A program made the position numbers and the translations under genes. A stretch of 64,000 nucleotides of DNA from Malacoraja senta (Eukaryota), in the NCBI GenBank assembly GCA_038087875.1, contig CM076001.1, forward strand, positions 1,056,001 to 1,120,000, given 5' to 3'. Below the pieces are notes generated by a model. That model was given only the letters and a program-made list of their open reading frames with translations, was not told the origin of the DNA and did no database searches. Shown in pieces: positions 53,430-64,000 of this stretch (within the stretch, counting starts at the first letter, position 1; each line of letters opens with the position of its first letter).

Positions 53430-54912
53430 AATAGACAATAGACAATAGGTGCAGGAGGAGACCATTCGGCCCTTCGAGCCAGCACCGCCATTCAATGTGA
53501 TCATGGCTGATCATCCCCAATCAGTACCCCGTTCCTGCCTTCTCCCCATATCCCCTGACTCCGCTATTTTTAAGAGCCCTATCTAGCTCTCTCTTGAAAA
53601 CATCCAGAGAACCTTCCTCCAACGCCCTCTGAGGCAGAGAATTCCACAGACTCACCACTCTCTGTGAGAAAAAGTGTTTCCTCATCTTCGTTCTAAATGG
53701 CTTACTCCGTATTCTTAAACTGTGGCCCCTGGTTCTGGTCTCCCCCAACATCGGGAACATGTTTCCTGCCTCTAGCGTGTCCAAACCCTTAACAATCTTA
53801 TATGTTTCAATGAGATTCCCTCTCATCCTTCTAAACTCCAGAGTGTACAAGCCCAGCTGCTCCATTTTCTCAGCATATGACAGTCCCGCCATCCCTGGAA
53901 TTAACCTTGTAAACCTACGCTGCACTCCCTCAATAGCAAGAATGTCCTTCCTCAAATTAGGGAACCAAAACTGCACACAATACACCAGGTGTGGTCTCAC
54001 TAGAGCTCTGTACAACTGCAGATGGACCTCTTTGCTCCTATATTCGATTCCTCTTGTTATAAAGGCCAACATGCCATTCGCTTTCTTCACTGCCTGCTGT
54101 ACCTGCATGCTTACTTTCATAGACTGATGTACAAGGACCCCCAGATCCCGTTGTACTTCCACTTTTCCCAACTTGATGCCATTTAGATAGTAATCTGCCT
54201 TCCTGTTTTTGCTACCAAAGTGGATAACCTCACATTTATCCACATTAAACTTCATCTGCCATGCATCTGCCCACTCCCCCAACCTGTCCAAGTCACCCTG
54301 CATTCTCATAGCATCCTCCTCACAGTTCACACTGCCACCCAGCTTTGTGTCATCTGCAAATTTGCTAATGTTACTTTGAATCCCTTCATCCAAATCATTG
54401 ATGTATATTGTAAATAGCTGCGGTCCCAGCATCGAGCCTTGCGGTACCCCACTAGTCACTGCCTGCCATTCTGAAAGGGACCCGTTAATTCCTACTCTTT
54501 GTTTCCTGTCTGCCAACCACTTCTCTATCCATGTCAGCACTATACCCCCAATACCATGTGCCCTAATTTTGCCCACTAATCTCCTATGTGAGACCTATCA
54601 AATGCTTTCTGAAAGTCCAGGTACACTACATCCACTGGCTCTCCCTTGTCCATTTTCCTAGTTACATCTTCAAAAAATTCCCCTTCATAAATCCATGCAG
54701 ACTCGGACCGATCCTGTTACTGCTATCCAACTATTCGGCTATCTCATCTTTTATAATTGACTCCAGCATCTACCCCACCACCGATGTCAGGCTAACTGGT
54801 CTATTATTCCCTGTTTTGTCTCTCCCACCTTTCTTAAAAAGTGGGATAACATTAGCTATCCTCCAATCAACAGGAACTGATCCTGAGTTTATAGGAACAT
54901 TGGAAAATTATC
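53430..54912 (-). mobile_element. 5'-truncated CR1 LINE, RT ORF 53521-54576
   Basis: 351-aa ORF with PQGSMLGP and KFADDTK; (caataga)n tail at the left end. Confidence 0.95.
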
Positions 54913-57068
54913 ATTAATTTGAATTAACAATGGAAAATCTGATAGTTTTGGAAAAGGGTAGAAGATACATTCATGGGCTACTCCTTCATGGGTTATGCTC
55001 GGACGGTATCTGATGCCCAGACATAAAGAAAAAAATTGATCCTGGAACTCACCATTGCCTCTTAAAAGACAATCTAAAAATTACCTGCACTATTTGACTT
55101 GCAAATGATTGTAGTGATTTTACTTCGGAGTCACGTGAGTGACTACGTGAAGAACCCGCCAGCCCGCATGCGCATCATATCGTCTATCGCATTGCGCAAC
55201 GACTGGCTGGTGGCGCGCTGCTCCACCAGTGGTCAAACCTGAAGGTAAGTTCATCCCACTAAGGTAATGCTCCATCCTCATATGGTCCATGGAGGAGCCA
55301 TATCAGCGCAGGTCTCCTCGAGGGCCTGCGGCAGCACCTCTTTCAGGGCTGCTTACAAATCTCCCTCTCTGTGAAGGTGAGTGCGAGGGGTCAGTTGGTA
55401 ACTGACTCCAAACTCGGAAGTATATCCGGGGAACATACTGGAGTACATGCGTGAGGTTCCAGAAATTTATGTCATGGCATCAAGGATTGTGATATCCTAG
55501 CAAACAAAGGAGCTCCTGCTGGAAGAGTTGCTTTCCAGCCATTGGCAGAAAACCCGGAGGGGTCAGAGTTCCCCTCGCGGAGCAGCAGCTACCTCACGTC
55601 ACATCATTACAGGAACAGGTGCCGGCTGTGAGATACCATGCACCTGAAAATTGTTCCTGAAAGTGCCGGCAGTGAACAGCGCTATCTGGGGTGATATTGG
55701 AGGCGGCATGAAAACCCAGGAAATGAAACTCCAACAAATTTTAAAGATTACTGGCCTGTTCTTGATGTGCAAGGCACACTTCAAAATGAACATAGAACGC
55801 CATCAGACCTTCCTTAAATTCCAATTTGCAGGCTCATGTAAGGTCAGCAATGTCCAGCCGCCGAATCTTCTCTTCACGGAAAACCTGTCCAAACAGGTAA
55901 GATGAGGAAACAAAAGCTGTCGGACTAATTAAGGTGTCGGCGACAACACACCCCACGCCTCCATCGGCAGGAAGCGGTTCACTGAAGCTGGTGGTAGCTT
56001 GAAAGCTGGGCGCAGGTCTTTTAGGCCAAGGCCCAAAACCGGTCCTCAGGAAAAATATGGGATCCACGTACCCCAGCAGTCCTACTCTCCAAATTTGGGC
56101 TTACCATAAAACCACCGATAACCATGAAGGTAGGTGGGTCTGGTTCCTTCCGAAACATGGGGTATGTGGACCATTTACAAGTTGGTAATATTTACATTTG
56201 TTTTTTGTACAGATGACAATAACATAAGATTCAGATCTGTTTATAAATTAAAATGATAACATGAGATTATACTGCACAGTATACAAGCGAGATAGGCGCG
56301 GAAATTGGCCAGAGTTCTCGGAAATATGGCTGGAGTTGCCTTTCAATGCAGGCTCACAATTGTGGCAGATGTGGCCTGTTCATTGTCAACAGGTTCAACT
56401 CGCATGTGCAGTATAGACATTTCTGGATAGGAAACTTCGTGACTGTTTAACTTCCATGGGATCAGTTTCCATTCACAGGGCACTGGAGATATTTGAAATT
56501 TAGCTGGATGGGACAATGGGGCAGTTAAAAGCGTTGCAAAATGGGCTAACTTCAGCTCCCAGGTTATTTACCAAATTACTAAAACCAGTGCTTCGGCTGC
56601 TCAGAGCTAAAAAACAATTGTTATGACCTAACTGGATGATATTCTAAATGCTGTATTTTGCTAAATTAGCTGTATCAGCCACAAAACTATAGTTGAGAAA
56701 TTGGATTTCTCATCCATCCAGTTAAATTTAAGTTGATACCAACTGAAATGATTGATTATTGGGATTTACCTTTAACTCTATTAATTTGTCTGGGACTCCG
56801 CCCTGAGACAAGAGAATGGAATTAATTGAAGCCTGTAACAACCTTGTTGTTATCAAGCAGCCTTCTATTCATCAAGTGCTATTTGGGCCTTTGCATTATT
56901 AGAACTATACAGCGTGCAAAGGAGTAAGCTCTCAAGTACCATGTAGGTCATTGTTACCAGACCTATGCTATTCCCAGCTGAAACTATCAAAGTCACCATG
57001 GTGGACGAACAGTATTCAGCATTGCTCCACTAACTTTTCATCAGTAAATCTTCAGTTAATTACAAACT

Positions 57069-59223
57069 TGTAGCGGCACCAAACGTGGTGAATAAAGGTG
57101 AGACGTCAGGCCGGTTCAAAGAGTCGTTTATTCAGTGCTGACACGTTAGGTTGGTGCCGACTATCATAACAGTGTTGCTGTAGCTGAGCGACGTTGTTCA
57201 CTCCGGCTCAGCTACCGGTTGAACTCCTCAAGGTCTCGAGGTGAGATGACCATAAGTACCAGGACACTCCCTCTAGCCCATGACGTCACGTGCCCGCCCT
57301 CGTACTTCCTGACGAGGGTTCGAGCATAAGTGGCCCGTGTATAGGCTGCCGCCACAGGACCCCCCCCCCCCAGAACCAGAGGAAGGAATAGCATGGTCGA
57401 GGGCAGCTACTGCATGTGGGGGACACCCCTGGCGTGGGTCGGGATGAAAAGCTCCACGGGCGCTTGACGCTCTGCGTGGGCTCCACGGGCGCAGTGACGC
57501 TCTGCGTGGGCTCCCGATGTACCGAGGGGTGCGAGGGGACCGATGCAGAAACCGCCGGACGGAAGGAATAGCATCGTCGAGGGCAGCTACTGCATGTGGC
57601 GTCGGCGAAAAAATCGAGGGCGGCTTCTGCATGTCTGGGACACCCCTGGCGTGGGTCGGGATTGAGGGCTCCATGGGCGTGTGACGCTCTGCGTGGGCTC
57701 CACGGGCGCAGTGACGCTCTGCGTGGCCTCCCGAGGTACCGAGGGGTGCGAGGGGACCGATGCAGAAACCGCCGGATGGAAGGAATAGCATCGTCAAGGG
57801 CGGCTACTGCATGTGGGGTCGGCGAAAAAATCGAGGGCGGCTTCTGCATGTCTGGGACACCCCTGGCGTGGGTCGGGATGGAGGGCTCCACGGGCGTGTG
57901 ACGCTCTGCGTGGGCGATCCCAAGGTACAGAGGGGTGCGAGGGGACCGATGCAAAAACCGCCGGACAGAAGAGACCAGTTGCATCTCCTCGACCAGCTAA
58001 GGGAGTTTGTCCTGTGCGGCCCCCAGGAATGGCTGGGAGACGTCGGCATCAATGAGGGGAAAAAACAAAATAAAATAAACAAACCAATTTCTGAACCGGG
58101 CGTGGAGATGCAGTGAACACAAAAGGAACAGTAACAACACAAATTACAGTGCAATCAGTGTCCAAAGTTCAAATTGTCCAGTGTTCATAGTGCAGGATAC
58201 GAAAGCTGTGCAGCGTTGCAGTGACAGCCTCCGACCTGACGGTGGCACTGTTGCCGGTGGTCAGGCTGCAGGGACTGCATCCGGCTGGAAGGTGGCGCTG
58301 TGGACGGCGGTGAGGCTGCAGTGACGGCATCCGGCCGGAAGGTGGCACTGCGGATGGCGGTCAGGTGAGTTCGCGCTTCTCAGCGGCCATTTTTGTTGTA
58401 GTTTTATGTGGCCACTTGCTTTGTAGGCCGCGGCGGCCATTTTGCCGGCCGGCTGAGGCGGCCTTCACCAGCAATTGAATCCCTGGGCCAGACAGGCAGC
58501 CAGCCAGCGCCCAGGGATCTTCGGAGTCCACGCCGGTGAGGAGGAGAAGGGCGTCTTCGGCAGGCGCCCCAGGTAAGCCCGCCCTATCGGGTGGCCAGGC
58601 CCTCGGCAGCGGCCGGCGGGGCCAGATGCTGTGCAGGGCGTGGAGCCGTGGCTGTGGTGAGGCCAGGTGCGGTGCTGGGCGTGGAGCCGTGGCGGCTGGT
58701 AAAAACCTCTCCGCTCCGGTAGTCGGCTCCGGGCAGGTCATGCGGGGGAGTCGGCGGCCGTCACACAAGGCGGCCTGCCCCGTTGCCGGGAGCGGGAGGC
58801 TGCTACGCTCGCAGCTCCGGTGATCAGCAGCTGGTGGGGAAGAGGCGGCATCCCATATGTAGCGGTATACCTCACTGCAGGGCCGGGTTGGCGGCAGCGT
58901 AGTTCTGCAAGGCTGGGGAGCGTCGGGGGTCACAGTGTAGCGGCACCAAACGTGGTGAATAAAGGTGAGACGTCAGGCCGGTTCAAAGAGTTGTTTATTC
59001 AGTGCTGACACGTTAGGTTGGTGCCGACTATCATAACAGTGTTGCTGTAGCTGAGCGAGATTGTTCACTCCGGCTCAGCTACCGGTTGAACTCCTCAAGG
59101 TCTCGAGGTGAGATGACCATAAGTACCAGGACACTCCCTCTAGCCCATGACGTCACGTGCCCGCCCTCGTACTTCATGACGAGGGTTCGAGCATAAGTGG
59201 CCCGTGTATAGGCTGCCACCACA
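57069..59223 (-). mobile_element. Non-autonomous LTR retroelement (Gypsy-like) nested in the DIRS element
   Basis: 288-bp LTRs with TG...CA ends at 57069-57356 and 58936-59223; 4-bp TSD AACT; PBS-like ctgtgacccccgac and a G-run polypurine tract on the minus strand; no pol motifs. Confidence 0.93.
57381..57970. repeat. About three tandem copies of a ~180-220-bp GC-rich unit inside the LTR element
   Basis: ggaaggaatagcat.gtc.agggc.gctactgcatgtgg at 57381, 57561 and 57778. Confidence 0.88.
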
Positions 59224-61061
59224 AACTGATGCTATTGCTCAAAGATGGAAAATTACTAATAGCATCAGTAGTTATGGAGGCGGATGGAATTTGCATGAGT
59301 TACCAATTCTTCAGTTATATTGGTATCAACTACCTATAGACCAGGTGCATTCTGTGGATTTAAGGGTTTGTGTGAATATGCATAATCTGCATGCTCAATT
59401 CCAAATTGATACACTTTGGTGGTGGTATATGTTAATCACATGGGTGCAATCAAGGCAAAGTATCCGGTGATAGTTTACCTAACCTCATTTGGCACTGGTG
59501 TATCATCATGTAAAATCAATGACAACACAGAATGGATGTTGGATCACAAAGTATTTAATGACATTGTGGCTCGATGGAACACTAAAAGGTCGAGATGTTT
59601 GCATCCAGGCTCAATCACCAGTTGCAAAAAATATGTGGCATATCAGTGGCGATGGATGCATTCTCGCTACACTGGGGAGGAATGTTCTTTTATGTCTTCC
59701 TCCATTTTGCCTCAGACGGGTCTTGCAAAAAATTCAGCAAGTTCCCGCTTCAGGCTTTTTCGTAGTGCCTGACTGGCCTATACAGCCATGGTTCCCGCTG
59801 ATGTTGGGAATGATAATAGAACCTTATATGGTTATTTCTAGACACAAAAGGTTGCTGGTTTAGCCATGACTCGGGAAACCATCCTCTGCATGATAAAATC
59901 AATTCATTGACTTGTAGACTCTGAGAAGACCGTTCCTGCGGCTCGGGTTGTTAAACCAAACCATGGACGTGCTCACTGCGGATTGCAGGGATAGCTCCAA
60001 ATAAGCAGTACTTTTCATAAGGAGATGGGAAGTATTTTGTTTTATGCTAATATTGCATATAATTCGGCACGGATGACTGATGTCTTGAAGTTCAGTTTTA
60101 TATGGGGTTTTGACAATCATTAAGTTAAAGTGCCATTTACTGTGCCTAACGTGCCTTCTCATCATATTGGCTGCGGGGAGAAGAATCCACTCTGTCGGGT
60201 CTCACCCTCTGATATCTAGATTATGAAGGGTATCTTCAACTCGAAACCTCCCAGGCCCAGGTACGCAGAGATATGGGATGTTAACATTGTGCTATGTCGC
60301 TTCGCCGGTGGGCTCCAGCTACATCCCTGTCCTTGGTCAAACTCACTTACAAAGTGGTTATGCTCATGGCGCTGAGTTCAGTGCAACGGGTCCAGTCATT
60401 GCATAAGCTGTGACTGGACAGGATGATTATATCTGCAGGCAAAATAACATTTTATGTTTATGACTTAGCCAAGCAGAGTAGACCAGGGGCATCAGGTCTC
60501 GAACTAGATTTGTTGGCATATCCCATGGACATTCGGTTGTGTGTGGTCACACATCTACGCCAGTATGTTAAGGTCACTAAGAGCCTTAGAGACTCTGAAC
60601 TAGCAATGTTTGTTAGTTACATAAAGCCTCATAAGAAGGTATCACTACAGACCATCTCCAGGTGGTTAAAACGGGTTCTGGCTTATACAGGAGTGAACAC
60701 TGACATTTTCAAGTCTCACTCCACCAGGGCTGCAACAACATCAGCAGCAGGGTTATGGACATTTCGTGGGACCACATCCTAGCGACTGCAGGATGGTCAA
60801 ACGAATGATCTTTCCAAAACATTTTAGAACTAACCAATTGCCAGACCGGGGGTATTTGCCAACTCTATTTTAGGTTCTGTTTTATAGTTTCCTCCCGGCT
60901 GAGGGAGGTTACTATTATCATTATTTGTTCATTAAAAGCATCAACATGTCTATATCTATGTAATGTCTGAATGCATTATTAATGTTCACTCATCATTAGT
61001 CAACTGATGCAGTGTGTGACGCATGGACTCGTTTCCACGGCATGAAATCACAGCTTTGAAA

Positions 61062-61174
61062 TCTTCACGTGGTCACTCACGTGACTCCGAAGTAAAATAG
61101 TAACATTAAACGAGAACTTACCAGTTTGAAGTTTGATCTTTATTTTATGAGGAGTTACGTTGAGGGATTACGTG
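61062..61174. other. DIRS internal complementary region (ICR)
   Basis: 61062-61097 is complementary to the left terminus (55118-55153); 61097-61174 is complementary to the right terminal extension (~61301-61378). Confidence 0.9.
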
Positions 61175-62051
61175 CCCTCGTCTCCCAACCCGCTATCATA
61201 AAGGTCAGCTGGTATTCTAGTTTCTCTAATCTTACTATATTCAGTTCAACAACTGTTATCTGCTTTGAAGATTGACGCGCATGCGGGCTGGCGGGTTCTT
61301 CACGTAATCCCTCAATGTAACTCCTCATAAAATAAAGATCAAACTTCAAACTGGTAAGTTCTCGTTTAATCTTACTATTTTTCTACTTCAGAAAACAGGA
61401 ATTCTACCAGACATGTACTGCTAAAACAAGAAACACAGCTATGTGACTGAATTTCTAGCCTGAAATATCAACTCTTACTGATTTTCCCAGAGTTGTGGAT
61501 TTGATATCCACCTTCTGATCTCATTACAAAGTGCTCCAAATTCATTGAAATCTTTACTGTAAATTTTGTATGCCCTAACATTCATACCCAGCTGCAGGGC
61601 GCCAATGATTGGGAGAACTGCATTGAGTGAATGAAGTGGGGATTGTCAGAGTAATAGTGCATAATTGATAAGCAGCAACCAAATCAAGATGCAGAACTGG
61701 CAGGTGTGATGGCAGGAGGGGATTTGGCTTGAGGCTTCTACTACAGCATGACTGAGGGTTCAGAGCAGTTAGAGTTGCCAACTCTAGTTCAAACTATTCC
61801 TGGAGATTTGATCATGTGATATTTAATCACATGGCATTCAATCACATGAGAATTTAAAATCATATGACATTTGAAGACTGAAATCTTTCTGACAAAGAAT
61901 GGATAAAACATGCTTGACCTTAAGTTTCATAGTGAGATGAATAACAGATTATAAATTAAAAGTCTGAACAAGACTTTGTGAAATTTAATATTTAAATAAA
62001 AATGTTATTTAAATAATATTTTTTAATGAAATAATATTACAATATTATTTA

Positions 62052-62333
62052 ATGGCAGTGTCCCAATGGTAGTGCTGGAGGTCCGGGTTCGATACAAACT
62101 ATAGGTGCTGCCTGTACGCAGTTTGTACGTTCCCCCTGTAACCATGTAGGTTTTCTCGGGATGCTCCAGTTTCGTCTCACACTCCAAAGACGCACAGGTT
62201 CGTAGGTTAATTGGCTTTGGTAAAATTGTCTCTAGTGTGTAGGATAGTATTAGTGTACAGTGTGATCGTTGGTCGGCGCTGACTCGGTGGGCTGAAGGGC
62301 CTGTTTCTGTGCTGTATCTCTAAAGTCTAAAGT
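62052..62333 (+). mobile_element. tRNA-derived SINE (V-SINE/HE1-like), degenerate head
   Basis: gggttcgat B-box, body matching the reverse complement of 43770-44080, and (tctaaag)n tail. Confidence 0.7.
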
Positions 62334-62814
62334 AAAAAAACAGTGTCTGCAATGATTTCATAAAGAGCATCGCATATATCCCTCTAATGTAACAAAAATA
62401 CAACCGACATCAGTTATGCCTAGTTAAAGTTTCAGTAGAAATTTGTGAATAATTGCATCAAATACAATGCTTCGAATTACTTCTGAAAATAAACCTAATT
62501 CAAAGCATTAATTCCCACACTTGCACTGCAGAAGCTCGGTTTCACAGTCCTCAGAGGAGATCAACCTGACTCCTGCAAAGAAACACATTGGGTAGAATCA
62601 GCTGTCAGTTGTCCATAACCATCCTTTTCCTAATGACGGGTTTAGAGGGAACTGGGCCAAACATAGGCAGGTGGGACTAGTATAGATGGGGCATCTTGAT
62701 CGGCATGGGCCTAATGCCGTGCTGCTTGACTATGACTGTGACTGCCCACTGCCACCTTAAAAAGTATCCTTGACATCCAATAGCTGTAATATGGTAACAA
62801 CGGAAGGCATTTCA

Positions 62815-63495
62815 GAGGTTCAAAGGTATTTTTTGTCACGTGTACCAATTAAGGTACAGTGATATGCAAATTACCATACAGTCATTACAAAAGCACCAAG
62901 ACATATAACCACATAAAAGTTAACATAAACATCCACCACAGCAGATTCCCCACATTCCTCATTGTGATGGAAGGCAACAAAGTCCAACTTCTTCCTCTTT
63001 TATTCTCCCGCGGTCGGGGCAGGCGAACCATCCGTCAGGGCGATCGAAGCTCCCGCAGCCGGCGGTCAAAGCCCCCGTGTCAGGGCGATCAAAGCTCCCG
63101 CCTCGAGGCGATCTATGCTCCCATGTCGGGGCGATTGAAACTCCCACGTCGGGGCGGTCGAAGCTCCTGCGGCTTGGAGTTCCCGAAAGTCGGTCTCTAA
63201 CCAGAGACCGCGAGCTCCGTGACGTTAAAGTCTGCAAGCTCCCACGGTTGGAGCTCCGAGGTTGATCCCTGGCAAAGGGATAGCGAGCTCCACGATGGTA
63301 AGTCTGCAGGCTCCCCGCGATGGAGCTCCTGGTCGATCTGCAGCAAAGGCTGCCAACTCCTCGATGTTAGGTCGCAGTGCGGATGGAGATACAATACGGG
63401 AAAAATCGCATCTCCGTCGAGGTAAGAAATTAGAAAAAAATTCTAAAAACTCACCACCCCCACCACCCTACCCTACATGAAACAAGCTAAAAAAA
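62815..63495 (-). mobile_element. GC-rich non-autonomous retroposon, copy 4
   Basis: Homologous to 4370-5160; internal repeats of gggcgatcgaagctcccg at ~63038-63170. Confidence 0.65.
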
Positions 63496-63499
63496 TACA

Positions 63500-63852
63500 T
63501 ATAGACAAGTGCAGGAGTAGGCCATTCGGCCCTTTGAGCTAGCACTGCCATTCAATGTGATCATGGCTGATCATCCACATTCAGTACCCCTTTCCTGCCT
63601 TCTCACCATTTCCCTTGACTCCACTATCTTTACGAGCTCTATCTAACTCTCTCTTGAAAGCATCCAGAGAATTGGCCTCTACTGCCTTCTGAGGCAGAGA
63701 ATTCCACAGATTCACAACTCTCTGGGTGAAAAGGTTTTTCCTCATCTCCGTACTAAATGGCCTACCCCTTATTCTTAAACTGTGCCCCCTGGTTCTGGAC
63801 TCCCCCAACATTGGGAACATGTTTCCTGCCTCTAGCGTGTCCAATCCCCTCA
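63500..63852 (-). mobile_element. CR1 3' end fragment, followed by plus-strand CR1 RT scraps to the window end
   Basis: Very similar to 53445-53790; ORF 63581-63853. Confidence 0.9.
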
Positions 63853-64000
63853 AAGGGCTAGGTAGTAGTCGATGTTGTTCTTTTGTTTAACACGGGTGTT
63901 TTCTCTGACCGGAGATCTGTGTTCAGTGGTGTTCCACAAGGATCAGCTGAACTCAGTAAGTTGGCAAATAACACAAAAATTGGTGGAGTTGTGGTTAGTG

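Larger units (their letters stand above)
55118..61381 (+). mobile_element. DIRS1-like tyrosine-recombinase retrotransposon, degenerate, with inverted termini and internal complementary region
   Basis: Left end ttttacttcggagtcacgtg; inverted terminal match cacg/tacgtgaagaacccgccagcccgcatgcgc (55145-55173) to 61278-61306; RT remnant NGLTSAPRLFTKLLKP and LDD (~56540-56645); methyltransferase-like PPF...VPDWPIQPWFP (~59700-59800); recombinase motif FKSHSTRAA (~60710-60735). Confidence 0.92.

Noticed and set aside
58361..58933. 190-aa ORF as a gag protein
   Set aside because: It starts inside the PBS-like site without an ATG, shows no zinc knuckle or capsid motif, and long ORFs are expected in such GC-rich sequence.

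Overview
This is eukaryotic, repeat-dominated DNA, most likely vertebrate. The mix of CR1, Rex1, L2, L1/Tx1, Penelope, DIRS, V-SINE/DeuSINE-like and Helitron elements resembles a cartilaginous fish (skate or ray); that is an inference from recalled repeat families, not a search result. Almost every ORF in the track is a transposon fragment or a low-complexity artefact. Main structures: (1) an ORF1-only Tx1/L1-like element with an 11-bp target-site duplication (TSD) inside a Rex1 remnant (1.0-4.0 kb); (2) a ~25-kb insertion pile built on a TA/TG microsatellite (5.8-30.9 kb), made of a hAT transposon interrupted by a full-length L1, a ~4.4-kb inverted pair of non-autonomous Helitrons and a head-to-tail train of Helitrons whose junctions suggest insertion into each other's 5' TCTA^TATA; (3) a less repetitive middle region with two phase-compatible candidate exons of an unidentified minus-strand gene, two MITEs, a Penelope fragment with a minimal hammerhead motif and two templated-insertion repair scars; (4) CR1/L1 nests and a degenerate DIRS element with inverted termini and internal complementary region, carrying a young non-autonomous LTR element. 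There are no CRISPR arrays, rRNA genes or prokaryotic systems. I found no clearly new coding system; the best candidates for undescribed biology are the self-nesting Helitron train and the ORF1-only Tx1 element.
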